Positions 17,176 to 26,236 of a stretch of 64,000 bases of DNA are shown piece by piece. Both the position numbers and the translations under genes were made by a program. A model generated the notes under the pieces. That model was not told the DNA's origin. It searched no databases and saw only the letters and a list, made by a program, of their open reading frames with translations. The stretch comes from Candidatus Binatia bacterium. GTDB lineage: Bacteria; Desulfobacterota; Binatia; UBA9968. Within the stretch, counting starts at the first letter, position 1; each line of letters begins with the position of its first letter. The stretch is from the NCBI GenBank assembly GCA_036506735.1, contig DASXRG010000038.1:6856-70855 (forward strand), given 5' to 3'.

Positions 17176-17885
17176 ATCGCTTCCGGCGCATCTGGCAGCG
17201 CCTTTCCCAGCGCGAAAAGGGTCTCGTTCTGGCGACCCTGGCGATCTTCGGCTTGCTCCTCGGACGTTATTTTATCTGGGCGCCGTTTGTGGACCGCAGA
17301 GAATCGGTCAAAAACCAGCTCGAGCTCCAACCGCAACGCCTGGAAAAAAATCTGCGCTACATCGATCGCAAGCCGGAAATCATGGCGGGGCTCGAAAAGG
17401 CCCGCACCGAGCTCAAGTCGCTCGAACCGATGCTCTTGACGGGAGATACTCCTTCGGTGAGCGCCTCGACCCTTCAGGAGACCGTGCAGGGCTTCGCGTC
17501 GAAGGGCGGCGCCCAGGTCATCTCCACGCGCGTGCTGGGTCCGGAGGCGATGGGCACGTTCACGCGGATTCCGATCCAGTTGGAGGTCACCGGGCAGATC
17601 GATCAGCTGGCCAACCTGATCCAGGGAATCGAATCCTCGCAGCCGAAGCTTTTATTGATCAATGAGATCAACGTTCGCTCCTTTGCGGTCGTCGGCGCTC
17701 CGCCGCGGCGTCCGGACGGTGCGGCGCAGCCGCCGCAAAATCTGCGCGTCAGCCTGATCGTCTCCGGCTTTATCCGCAACCAGTCCGCGGCTCCGTCAAA
17801 GGATGCCGCCTTGGACCGCGGGGTGAGAGCAAAAGAGAAAGAAGACGATGTCCGTGCGCCGAGAAGGCGCTCTGAGGAGGACTAA
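17172..17885 (+). CDS. gspM: GspM / PilO-like assembly protein
   Basis: N-terminal TM (LVLATLAIFGLLLG), coiled coil, then FTRIPIQLEVTGQIDQLANLIQGIESS, typical of GspM/PilO. Confidence 0.5.
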   Translation: MNRFRRIWQRLSQREKGLVLATLAIFGLLLGRYFIWAPFVDRRESVKNQLELQPQRLEKNLRYIDRKPEIMAGLEKARTELKSLEPMLLTGDTPSVSASTLQETVQGFASKGGAQVISTRVLGPEAMGTFTRIPIQLEVTGQIDQLANLIQGIESSQPKLLLINEINVRSFAVVGAPPRRPDGAAQPPQNLRVSLIVSGFIRNQSAAPSKDAALDRGVRAKEKEDDVRAPRRRSEED

Positions 17886-18110
17886 ACGCGCGACCCGCAT
17901 GGAACGAATCCCGAGTTAGCACCGGGATTTGCCGGTTTGCACCCGTGAAATTTACCCTCCGGTAACAGCCCTTTGCAAAATCTGCAATATCCGTTGACCT
18001 CGGGTTTTTTCCGGAGTAGGAATAAGGGGCAAATTTGCCTTGGCCCATGGGAGGGTTGAGTTATTCTTAAGCGGTCTTCGCTTCTGAGCCTTTTACTTCT
18101 CGCCGCTATC

Positions 18111-18848
18111 GTGTTCGTGGACGCGAGCATTTACCGGCTATGGCAGACGGGTCCACGGGATCTGCCGGTCACGGTGAAGCCCAAGCAGCCTCCAGCTCCC
18201 GAGCCGGCAAAAGAATCGGCGCCGGAGCTCCCGACAGCGAACACGCGCGAGGTTATCGCAAAAAACCTCTTCGATCCCGAACGCGGCGCAACCAAAGCAA
18301 ACGAGCAAAAGAATCAAGCCGAAGAGGCGGCCAAGCAGAGAATACGCAACATGACATTGCTCGGCACGGCGATTTTAGGAAACAGCCGATACGCCATCAT
18401 GCAGGAGCCGTCGGCGACGCCGCGCGGCGGGCCCACCAAAGCGCAGCCCAATACGAATACGGGGCAAATGCGGCTCAAACTCGGCGACACGGTGGAAGGA
18501 TTCAGGTTGTCGGAGGTCAGGGACAAGAGCGTGGTTTTTACCAAAGGGGCTACTCGGGTCGAGGTGTCGATCGATTTCTTTAATCCCGGCCCGGAGCCGC
18601 CCCCAACCTCGGCGCCGCCCGCGCCGCGCACGCCGGTTCCGCCGAGACAGACGGTGCCGCCGCGCGCAGTCCCGCGCCCCGCCCCGGGCGCCGAAGGCAG
18701 CCCGCCTCCCGCGCCGCAGTCCAGCGTCGAGCGCGCGCGCAACGCTTTACGAGAACGGCAGCTCCAACCGCCGCAGCAACCGGAAGGGCGGCCGCCGCAG
18801 CGAGTCACACCGACGAACCCAGAGAACGCTCCGGCCGGAAGTCCTTGA
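18111..18848 (+). CDS. GspC / PilP-like protein with Pro-rich C-terminus (start uncertain)
   Basis: MRLKLGDTVEGFRLSEVRDKSVVFTKGATRVEVSI resembles the GspC HR / PilP beta-domain. The in-frame upstream codons 18063-18110 encode a TM helix but contain no canonical start (see findings). Confidence 0.5.
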   Translation: MFVDASIYRLWQTGPRDLPVTVKPKQPPAPEPAKESAPELPTANTREVIAKNLFDPERGATKANEQKNQAEEAAKQRIRNMTLLGTAILGNSRYAIMQEPSATPRGGPTKAQPNTNTGQMRLKLGDTVEGFRLSEVRDKSVVFTKGATRVEVSIDFFNPGPEPPPTSAPPAPRTPVPPRQTVPPRAVPRPAPGAEGSPPPAPQSSVERARNALRERQLQPPQQPEGRPPQRVTPTNPENAPAGSP

Positions 18849-18866
18849 GTGATAAAGGAGGGAAAC

Positions 18867-21386
18867 ATGGCACCGAGAATATCCCGCAAGAACCTTCTGG
18901 TTGCGGTCTTGATATGGTTTATTTTCATCTCCATTCCAGGGCCGGCGGGCAGGTTCGTGCGCGCGCAAGAGCGCGGCGAGCGAGAAACCGCAACCGAGGT
19001 GCAACCTCCTGAGGGCGACGAGTCGGAAGAGAAAGGCGCAGTGGCGCCGACTCCTCAAGCGCCGCAATCTCAACCGGTCCCGCAGACTCCGCCGGCTGGC
19101 CGCGGGCAACCGCCCGTAGCCACGCCCGAGCGGCGCCTGTCGCCCGCGCCGGCGGCTCCGCGCGGCGGCGGCGGGGAGATGGTGTCGCTCAATTTCAACC
19201 GCGCCGACTTGATCGAGGTCATCCATGTGTTGGCGCAGCATTTGCGCCTCACTTACACCATTGATCCCGACGTCAAAGGCACCGTCACGATCAACAGCGC
19301 CGAGCCGCTCAGAAAGGACGATCTGCTGCCGGTGTTCCATCAAATTCTGCGCATGAACGGCGCGGTGGCCGTAAAGAGCGGCGACATTTACCGTATCGCT
19401 CCGATCGAAAAAGGCAAAGGACTGGCGCGCCCCGTGGAATCCGAAAAAGACGGCGGCTATGCGATTCAAGTGGTCCCGGTGCGATTTTTCTCTGTCGCCG
19501 AGATGAAGCGGCTGCTCACGCCATTCGTTACGCCGGGAGGCGACATCTTCGACTACCCGCGCGGCAACTTTCTTATGATCGTCGATCTGCCTTCGAATAT
19601 CCAACGGCTGATGGAGATCCGGGACATGATCGACGTCCAGACTTTTGTCGGCACCAAGACCGAGATCTATCAACCCAAGGTGGCGAGCGCCGACGAGCTG
19701 CAGGCGGAGATGACCAAGGTCATGCAGGCTTATGCTTCTTCGTCCGCGCAGCAGGAGGGATTCGCGGCGCAGTTTCTTTCGATTCCACGGATCAATCAGC
19801 TTTTAGTCATCGCCGACAGCGAGGCCGCATGGACTTACGTCAAGCGCTGGCTCGAACGGCTCGACACCCTGGGCGAAGGCCCGGGACGGAAAATTCACAT
19901 CTATCCGGTGGAAAACGGCAAGGCATCGGAGCTGGCCGATGTGTTGACCCAGGTGTTAGGCATTACCGCCGGCGCGCAAAGGCAGCAGGGGCGGACGCTT
20001 GAGCAGATCCACCGGTCAACGTCGGGCGCATCGCCCCCAACGACGCCAGGTTTGCAGCGGACTCCGGGAATGGTGGGGACACCGTTTGGAGCCTTCGCCG
20101 TCGCGCCGGCGCAGCCCCAACAGCAACAGCCGACGACGCCGCCGCAGGCCACGACGCCGCCCAGACCGCAACAGCAGCAGCCCCCACGGCCGGGAGAGGC
20201 CAGGCCGGGGGACACGAGCCAGATTGACCAAGTTCGGATTGTCGCCGATACGACGACGAATACGCTGATCATCTACGGCAGCGCTCAGGAGTTTCAAAAT
20301 ATCAGAATGATCCTGAAAGAGCTGGACATCCCGCCGCGCCAAGTCGTGCTCGAATGTCTCGTGGCGGAGGTCAAAGCTGGACCCGACAGCAACTCGCTCG
20401 GATTCGATTACCAACTCGTTTTCGGCGGGACCCTTAAAGGAAAAGGGGGAAATACCGGGTTCACCGATGCTTTCACTTCGACGAAGGCTGCGCCCTTTCC
20501 CATCCAACTCGGCGCAACCAAAGGCCTTGCCGCGCTGATCGGCGACGACAGGGTCCGCGGTTTGGTCACCGCGTTGCAGAACGATAGCCGTTCGAAAATC
20601 CTCGCCTCGCCGACGATTCTCGCGACCGACAACCAGGCCGCCCGTATTCAGGTCGGCGACGAAGTCCCGGTCGCGACCGGGACGATATCTTCCGCCCTTA
20701 CGGGCAGCACCGGGGTCACAACCGCGATTCAATCCCGCAACACGGGAAAAATCATGACCATCATCCCGCAGGTCAACTCAAAAGGACTGGTTAATCTCCA
20801 GATCAAAGTCGAAGTGAGCCGGCCGGCCGGCAACGTTACGGTGGGAGATCAGAGTTTCCCCTCTTTCTCCACGCGCGACGTTGAGACCACGGCGGTGGTC
20901 AAGGATGGCGAGGCTCTGGTGATCGGCGGCATCTTCGCCGAGGACCGCGACCGGAGCCGCAGCGGCATCCCGTTTCTCATGGACATCCCGGTGTTCGGCT
21001 GGTTTTTCCGCAAGACGACGGAGACTTTGACCGAGCGGACCGAGCTGATCATCATCATCATGCCGCACGTGATTCGCGACGTTGAAGAATCGCGCAAGGT
21101 CACGGACGAATTCAAGAAAAAACTGTCTACAGTCGCCGGCGAGATCGAGAATATGAGAAGAGGAGGGGCGAAAGAGGATCTCCCGCCGCCGAAAGTGCAG
21201 CCGGTGGTGCCCGACAAAGAATCGAGCGCGGCTCCCGAGCTGGCGCCGGAAGGGCGCGGCGCGAGTGCTCCCGGCGGCAACAACCAAAACGGCGTCATGC
21301 CGGCGGCGGTCAACGTCCAAGCGCCGCCGTCACCAGGCGCATGGAAAACTATCGTGAAGTTCCTCTCGTTCGGCCTGGTGGATTGA
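18867..21386 (+). CDS. gspD: Secretin GspD
   Basis: N0/N1 domains (NFNRADLIEVIHVLAQHLRLTYTIDPDVKGTVTI) and secretin C-domain (GIPFLMDIPVFGWFFRKTTETLTERTELIIIIMPHVI). ATG at 18867 follows AAAGGAGGG; a GTG at 18849 is an alternative. Confidence 0.85.
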   Translation: MAPRISRKNLLVAVLIWFIFISIPGPAGRFVRAQERGERETATEVQPPEGDESEEKGAVAPTPQAPQSQPVPQTPPAGRGQPPVATPERRLSPAPAAPRGGGGEMVSLNFNRADLIEVIHVLAQHLRLTYTIDPDVKGTVTINSAEPLRKDDLLPVFHQILRMNGAVAVKSGDIYRIAPIEKGKGLARPVESEKDGGYAIQVVPVRFFSVAEMKRLLTPFVTPGGDIFDYPRGNFLMIVDLPSNIQRLMEIRDMIDVQTFVGTKTEIYQPKVASADELQAEMTKVMQAYASSSAQQEGFAAQFLSIPRINQLLVIADSEAAWTYVKRWLERLDTLGEGPGRKIHIYPVENGKASELADVLTQVLGITAGAQRQQGRTLEQIHRSTSGASPPTTPGLQRTPGMVGTPFGAFAVAPAQPQQQQPTTPPQATTPPRPQQQQPPRPGEARPGDTSQIDQVRIVADTTTNTLIIYGSAQEFQNIRMILKELDIPPRQVVLECLVAEVKAGPDSNSLGFDYQLVFGGTLKGKGGNTGFTDAFTSTKAAPFPIQLGATKGLAALIGDDRVRGLVTALQNDSRSKILASPTILATDNQAARIQVGDEVPVATGTISSALTGSTGVTTAIQSRNTGKIMTIIPQVNSKGLVNLQIKVEVSRPAGNVTVGDQSFPSFSTRDVETTAVVKDGEALVIGGIFAEDRDRSRSGIPFLMDIPVFGWFFRKTTETLTERTELIIIIMPHVIRDVEESRKVTDEFKKKLSTVAGEIENMRRGGAKEDLPPPKVQPVVPDKESSAAPELAPEGRGASAPGGNNQNGVMPAAVNVQAPPSPGAWKTIVKFLSFGLVD

Positions 21387-21434
21387 CGCGAGCGCCCGCT
21401 CTTGCGCGTGAAGCCGTAGACCTATCCGAATTCG

Positions 21435-21467
21435 ACGGAGAAGCTTGAGTCGGTCAAGCTTCTCCGT
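21435..21467 (+). terminator. Perfect 14-bp stem-loop after gspD (no U-tract)
   Basis: ACGGAGAAGCTTGA-GTCGG-TCAAGCTTCTCCGT, 49 nt downstream of the gspD stop. Confidence 0.5.
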
Positions 21468-21475
21468 CCATCCCT

Positions 21476-22597
21476 ATGTCCCGATCCGAGTTGCTCCATT
21501 TGCTCGAGAGGTTGCTCTCGCTTCCCACCGCGCCGTTTCACGAGCGGTTTGTCAGCTCGTTTCTGCGCGCCGAGCTTAAAGAAGCCGCTCTCGATTTCAC
21601 TTTGGATGAATACGGCAACATCATCGCCGGCTGGGGCGACGAGCCGGCGCTCGCCTGCGTCGCGCACATGGACCATCCGGGGTTTGAGATTACCGACGCT
21701 TCGGGTGGTAGTGCGGAAGCTTCATGGTTCGGCGGCGTGGACGCCAAATATTTTTCCGGCGCGCGGGTGGTGATCTACGATCAAAACTCCGGCGCGGCGC
21801 GCGGCCGCGGCGTCGTCCGGAAAATCACCAGGAACCTCCAGAACAGAGTCGTGAAGATGGCGCTGCGGGTGAAAGGCGGCGCCTTCCCCGGAGACTTCGG
21901 TACTTGGGATCTCACCCCGTTTCGCCGGCAAAAAGAATGGATTCGCACCAAAGGCGCCGACGACCTGGTCGGCTGCGCCGCGATTCTTTCGCTGCTCAAA
22001 CGGGTCAAAGAGCGCGCGAATCGGACCGGAGTGCGCGCGGTGTTCACGCGCGCCGAAGAGCAGGGTTTCATCGGCACCCTGGGGATGATTCGCGCCGGTC
22101 ATTTGCCGCTCACGACCAAAATCATCTCCGTGGAAACCAGCAAGGCGCTGCCGGGCGTGGTCTTGGGCGGCGGCCCGGTGATCCGCCTCGGCGACCGCGC
22201 CAGCATGTTCGATCAGCGCATGGTGTTTTTCATGGACCACGTGGCGCGCGAGCTTAAAAAAAAGGACCGCCGGTTTCGTTACCAGCGACGGGTGATGGAC
22301 GGCGGCACCTGCGAGGCGACGCCCTATCAGCTGAACGGCTATGTCGCCGGCGGCATCGCGATTCCGCTCCATAACTACCACAATCAGGGCAGGACGAAGA
22401 TCGGCGCGGAGGCGGTCCATATCCGCGACGTCGAAGGGGCGATCGAGTTTCTCGTGGAGCTGGCGCTGCGGATGGAACATTTCGCCGCCGCCGCCGAAGC
22501 GGTGCGCGGCAGGATCGAAAGCGGTTGGGACAAGTATGGGATGCGGCTCAAAAACAAAGGTGAAAACGGAAAGCGGAAAGATGAAAACAGGGGATAG
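21476..22597 (+). CDS. M42/M28-like metallopeptidase (aminopeptidase/endoglucanase-like family)
   Basis: Motif series AHMDHPGF, KGADDLVGCAA, RAEEQGFIG, MDGGTCEA, PLHNYHN parallels the metal ligands of M42 peptidases. The C-terminal KNKGENGKRKDENRG is encoded by a GGAAARC heptamer tract (22562-22593). Confidence 0.55.
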   Translation: MSRSELLHLLERLLSLPTAPFHERFVSSFLRAELKEAALDFTLDEYGNIIAGWGDEPALACVAHMDHPGFEITDASGGSAEASWFGGVDAKYFSGARVVIYDQNSGAARGRGVVRKITRNLQNRVVKMALRVKGGAFPGDFGTWDLTPFRRQKEWIRTKGADDLVGCAAILSLLKRVKERANRTGVRAVFTRAEEQGFIGTLGMIRAGHLPLTTKIISVETSKALPGVVLGGGPVIRLGDRASMFDQRMVFFMDHVARELKKKDRRFRYQRRVMDGGTCEATPYQLNGYVAGGIAIPLHNYHNQGRTKIGAEAVHIRDVEGAIEFLVELALRMEHFAAAAEAVRGRIESGWDKYGMRLKNKGENGKRKDENRG

Positions 22598-22664
22598 AGG
22601 AGGCCCACGCCGCGTTTTCATAACGTGGGGCGGTTTGTTATGATGGTTTGAATGCGAGGACAAC

Positions 22665-23579
22665 GTGAATCCAAAACAGCTTACGATTGAGAAAATTCAA
22701 GAAGCGCTGCGGCGGGAAAAATACATCTGCGACCGCTCGCTGGCGACCGTGGTGTATCTGTCGATCTCGATGGGCAAACCGGTTCTACTGGAAGGCGAGG
22801 CGGGGGTCGGCAAGACCGAAGTCGCCAAGGTGCTGGCCGACATCCTGGGCAGCAAGCTGATCCGTCTCCAGTGCTACGAAGGCCTCGACGCCAACACCGC
22901 GCTCTACGAGTGGAACTATCCCAAGCAGATGCTGCGCATCAAATTGGAAGAAGTCGGCCGGCGCGACCGCGCCGCGGTGGAGACGGAGATCTTCAGCGAG
23001 GAATATCTCGTCAAGCGGCCGCTGCTCGAAGCGATCCAGGGCGACGGCGCGACGCCGCCGGTGCTGCTGATCGACGAAATCGACCGCGCCGACATGGAGT
23101 TCGAAGCGTTTTTGCTCGAAGTGCTGTCGGATTTTCAGATCACGATACCCGAGCTGGGCACGATCCGCGCCAAAATGCGGCCCTACGTTTTTTTGACCTC
23201 GAACCGGACGCGGGAGATTCACGACGCGCTCAAGCGGCGCTGCCTGTACCACTGGATCGATTATCCGAGCTTCGAGAAAGAGCACGAGATCATCACGACC
23301 AAGTTTCCGGAAATCCGCGAACGGCTGGCGAACCAGATCTGTTCGTTCATGCAGCAGGTGCGCCAGATGAATTTTTACAAGCGCCCCGGGGTCGCGGAGA
23401 CTCTCGACTGGGCGGCGGCGCTGATCATGCTGAGCCGCGACGAGCTGGATGAGAAGACCGTGCAGGAGACCGTCGGATGCGTCTTCAAGTATCGCGAGGA
23501 CCTGCACCACCTCGAGGAAGAGTTGGCCGGGAAAAAGATCGATCTCGAAGCCAGGGAAAGCGACGCCTATCCGGCTTAG
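22665..23579 (+). CDS. MoxR-family AAA+ ATPase (CoxD-like)
   Basis: Walker A GEAGVGKTE, Walker B LLIDEIDRA, LIRLQCYEGLDANTALYEWNY typical of the CoxD/MoxR subgroup. Confidence 0.8.
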   Translation: MNPKQLTIEKIQEALRREKYICDRSLATVVYLSISMGKPVLLEGEAGVGKTEVAKVLADILGSKLIRLQCYEGLDANTALYEWNYPKQMLRIKLEEVGRRDRAAVETEIFSEEYLVKRPLLEAIQGDGATPPVLLIDEIDRADMEFEAFLLEVLSDFQITIPELGTIRAKMRPYVFLTSNRTREIHDALKRRCLYHWIDYPSFEKEHEIITTKFPEIRERLANQICSFMQQVRQMNFYKRPGVAETLDWAAALIMLSRDELDEKTVQETVGCVFKYREDLHHLEEELAGKKIDLEARESDAYPA

Positions 23580-23582
23580 GCC

Positions 23583-24794
23583 ATGGAAATCTCCGACGAG
23601 CTGATTCTCCAGACGGTGGAACGTTTCGGCGCCCTGCGCGGCCGGGGGACGGTGACGAACGTGCTCGCCTTCGGCCGGATATTGAAAGAGCTTGGGATCA
23701 AGCTCGGGCTCAGCCAGGTCATGGATTCAAGCCGCGCTCTGGAGTACGTGGACGTCGGGTCCAGGGAAGATTTTCGCGCGGTGCTGCGCGCGAACCTGGT
23801 TTCCGACAAAGACGCGCGCGCGCTTTTCGAGCGCGCCTTCGATTTGTTCTGGCGCGCGGGGCCGGTGCAAGAGACTTTGACCGAGACGTCCGATATCCCT
23901 TCGTTTCCATCGGACGACGCAAAAATAGAGCAGGGCCGCGGCGAGAATCTGGAAGAGCTCTTGGAATCGCTCGCCGGCGGCGAAGCCGGCAAAGACGGCG
24001 AGGCGGAGCAGGTTTCCATTCCGACTTATAGCCCGAGCGAGTCGCTCAACAAAAAAGATTTCAGCGACATGGGCATCGAAGAGAGCCGCGCGATCAGCCG
24101 GGCGATCCTGCTGATCGCGACCAAGATCGCGACGCAGGCGAGCCGGCGCAAGAAGCGGGCGACCAAAGGCGACGAGGTGGACCCGCGCTGGACGCTGCGC
24201 AAGAACATTAAATACGGCGGCGAGATCGTCGAGCTGGTCAACCGCAAGAAGAGGATCAAGAAAACGCGCGTCGTGCTCCTCTGCGACGTGAGCGGCTCGA
24301 TGGACTGTTACAGCCGCTTTTTGATCCAGTTCATGTACGGCCTGCAGAACGAGCTGTGGGGCGTGGAGACTTTCGTCTTCAGCACTGCGCTCAGCCGCAT
24401 CACGCATCTGATTCGCACCAAGGAGATCGCCGGCGCGCTGGAGCGAATTTCGCATTCCGTTGTGGGCTGGTCCGGCGGCACCAACATCGGCCGCTCGCTC
24501 GCCGCTTTCAACCGCGATTTCGCGCCCAGCCTGGTGACGCACCGGACCGTCGTCGTCATCATCAGCGACGGCTGGGACCGCGGCGACGTGTCGCTCCTCG
24601 AGCGCGAGATGCAGACGCTCAAGCGCCGCTGCTACAAGATTCTCTGGCTCAATCCCTTGCTGGCGAGCGAAAATTACGAGCCGCTGTGCAAAGGCATGCA
24701 GGCGGCGCTGCCGTATCTCGATCTCTTTTTGTCCGTGCACAATCTCAATAGTTTAGTGACGTTGGGACGGACGCTGCAAAAAATGGTGGCATAG
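23583..24794 (+). CDS. VWA-domain protein (CoxE-like)
   Basis: C-terminal VWA with MIDAS VVLLCDVSGSMD; 403 aa; 3 nt after the MoxR gene. Confidence 0.75.
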   Translation: MEISDELILQTVERFGALRGRGTVTNVLAFGRILKELGIKLGLSQVMDSSRALEYVDVGSREDFRAVLRANLVSDKDARALFERAFDLFWRAGPVQETLTETSDIPSFPSDDAKIEQGRGENLEELLESLAGGEAGKDGEAEQVSIPTYSPSESLNKKDFSDMGIEESRAISRAILLIATKIATQASRRKKRATKGDEVDPRWTLRKNIKYGGEIVELVNRKKRIKKTRVVLLCDVSGSMDCYSRFLIQFMYGLQNELWGVETFVFSTALSRITHLIRTKEIAGALERISHSVVGWSGGTNIGRSLAAFNRDFAPSLVTHRTVVVIISDGWDRGDVSLLEREMQTLKRRCYKILWLNPLLASENYEPLCKGMQAALPYLDLFLSVHNLNSLVTLGRTLQKMVA

Positions 24795-24796
24795 AA

Positions 24797-24838
24797 CCTC
24801 ACCCTAGCCCTCTCCCGTGGGAGAGGGAAGGGAGAGGG
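24797..24838. repeat. Inverted repeat (CCCTCTCCC-GTG-GGGAGAGGG core)
   Basis: CCTCACCCTAGCCCTCTCCC GTG GGAGAGGGAAGGGAGAGGG directly after the VWA stop codon. Confidence 0.75.
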
Positions 24839-24864
24839 AAAACTGATTCAAGGAGGCAAATACG

Positions 24865-25239
24865 ATGGCTGGAGCAGGCATGTGTCATGACGTTGAGGAG
24901 AGCAAAGGTCCAAAAAAGGAAACGATCTACCATCAGGTGAAAGAGTTTCTCGACAAGGGCGAGACGCTCGCGGTCGCGACGATCGTCTCGACCAAAGGCT
25001 CGACGCCCAGAGAAGTCGGCGCGAAAATGGTCGTGACCGCCTGGGGCGAAATCCTTGGCACGATCGGCGGCGGCTGCGGCGAGGCGGACGTCAAGCGCGA
25101 GGCGATCGAGGTGATTCGCACGCGCAAGCCGAGAACCGTCCGCATCGATCTGCTGGACGACATCTCTTCGGACAGCCCGGCGGTTTGCGGCGGGATCATG
25201 AACGTGTTTATCGAGCCGTGGTGGCAGGAAAATAAGTGA
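24865..25239 (+). CDS. XdhC/CoxI-family protein, N-terminal-domain-only
   Basis: LAVATIVSTKGSTPREVGAKMVV...GTIGGGCGEADV is the XdhC_CoxI signature; AAGGAGG Shine-Dalgarno upstream. Confidence 0.7.
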   Translation: MAGAGMCHDVEESKGPKKETIYHQVKEFLDKGETLAVATIVSTKGSTPREVGAKMVVTAWGEILGTIGGGCGEADVKREAIEVIRTRKPRTVRIDLLDDISSDSPAVCGGIMNVFIEPWWQENK

Positions 25240-25324
25240 GTTAGTGAGCAGTGAGCAGTGAGACGTGAGGAGTCCTGAGCGAAAAGTTTTTTCTGCTCAC
25301 TGCTCACTTCTCACGCCTCACTGT
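25236..25324. repeat. Heptamer-periodic inverted repeat (GTGAGNN family)
   Basis: GTGAGTTA GTGAGCA GTGAGCA GTGAGAC GTGAGGA ... CTGCTCAC TGCTCAC TTCTCAC GCCTCACTG. Overlaps the stop codon at 25237-25239. Confidence 0.85.
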
Positions 25325-25346
25325 AAAGGTCGAAAACGGTAACCGG

Positions 25347-26120
25347 ATGACATCGTTAGTTGATGAGCTCATTAGAATCCAAGAGGAGGGCGCGGCCGGC
25401 GTATTGGCCACGGTGATCGAAGCTGAAAACAACGGCGCCGTCGAGCCCGGAGCCAATTCTCTCATCCGCGACGGCAAACCGGCCGCCGGCACGATTCGCG
25501 ACGAAAAACTTCTGGCGGCCATTTTGAAGGAAGCGGACGCCCGTCTCAAAGAGGAGAAATCCAAACTCGTCGCTCTCAAGTCGCCGGATGCCGGCGCCAA
25601 AATCGAAGTCTTCTTCGAGGTCCTTCCGGCGCCGCCGAAGTTGATCGTCGTCGGCGCGGGCCATATCGCCGTGCCGCTGGTCAAATTCGCCAAGCTCCTC
25701 GATTATCACGTGACCGTGCTCGACGATCGCATCCTGTTCGCCAACCGCGAGCGCTTTCCCGGCGCCGACGAGATTCGCACCGGCGAGATGGCGGCCGAGC
25801 TCAAAGCGCTGCCCATCACGCCGTCCACTTACATCATTCTCATCACGCGGGGCCACAAGTACGACGAGCCTTGCCTGCGCGAGATCATTCATAGCCCGGC
25901 CAAATACATCGGCATGATCGGCAGCCGGCGGCGCATCAAGGCGTGCTTTCAGAGATTCCGCGACGAAGAGAAAATCGCCGAAGAGATCATCCAGCGGGTC
26001 TACGCCCCGATCGGCCTCGACATCAATACCGAAACACCCGAGGAAATCGCGCTGTCGATCATGGCCGAGGTCATCAAAGTTCGCCGCGGGGGCGAGGCGC
26101 GGTCGCTGTCGGGCAAATAA
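25347..26120 (+). CDS. XdhC-family molybdenum-cofactor insertion chaperone (N-domain + Rossmann C-domain)
   Basis: LIVVGAGHIAVPL Rossmann motif, YIILITRGHKYDE and YIGMIGSRRR typical of XdhC C-domains. Confidence 0.75.
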   Translation: MTSLVDELIRIQEEGAAGVLATVIEAENNGAVEPGANSLIRDGKPAAGTIRDEKLLAAILKEADARLKEEKSKLVALKSPDAGAKIEVFFEVLPAPPKLIVVGAGHIAVPLVKFAKLLDYHVTVLDDRILFANRERFPGADEIRTGEMAAELKALPITPSTYIILITRGHKYDEPCLREIIHSPAKYIGMIGSRRRIKACFQRFRDEEKIAEEIIQRVYAPIGLDINTETPEEIALSIMAEVIKVRRGGEARSLSGK

Positions 26121-26126
26121 AAAATG

Positions 26127-26201
26127 GCGTTCAAGTGGTTCAAATCGTTCAATTCGTTCAAAATAAAAGATCGGATTGAACGGCTTGAACAACTTTTGAA
26201 C
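26127..26201. repeat. Heptamer-periodic inverted repeat (GTTCAAN family)
   Basis: GCGTTCAAG TGGTTCAAA TCGTTCAAT TCGTTCAAA ... GGATTGAAC GGCTTGAAC AACTTTTGAAC. Confidence 0.85.
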
Positions 26202-26236
26202 ATTGGCGGTCTAGCCGGCAGCAAACGGATACGAGG

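Noticed and set aside
17916-17933. Sigma54-like motif TAGCACCGGGATTTGC in the gspM-gspC gap
   Set aside because: The -24 GG is AG and the GG-to-GC spacing is one nucleotide too long. No enhancer-binding-protein gene is nearby.
20030-20230. Pro/Gln/Thr-rich segment inside gspD (PAQPQQQQPTTPPQATTPPRPQQQQPPRPGE) considered as an inserted repeat
   Set aside because: It is in frame and sits between the N-domains and the secretin domain, where low-complexity linkers are common. There are no flanking repeats.
22665-24794. MoxR-VWA pair considered as a conflict/defence (vWA-MoxR) system
   Set aside because: The immediate XdhC-type neighbours and CoxD/CoxE-like motifs fit cofactor-maturation accessory genes better. 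No effector-like third gene is present.
26121-26236. Possible FMN riboswitch upstream of ribK
   Set aside because: The region is occupied by the GTTCAAN hairpin, and I could not find any conserved FMN-element core sequences.
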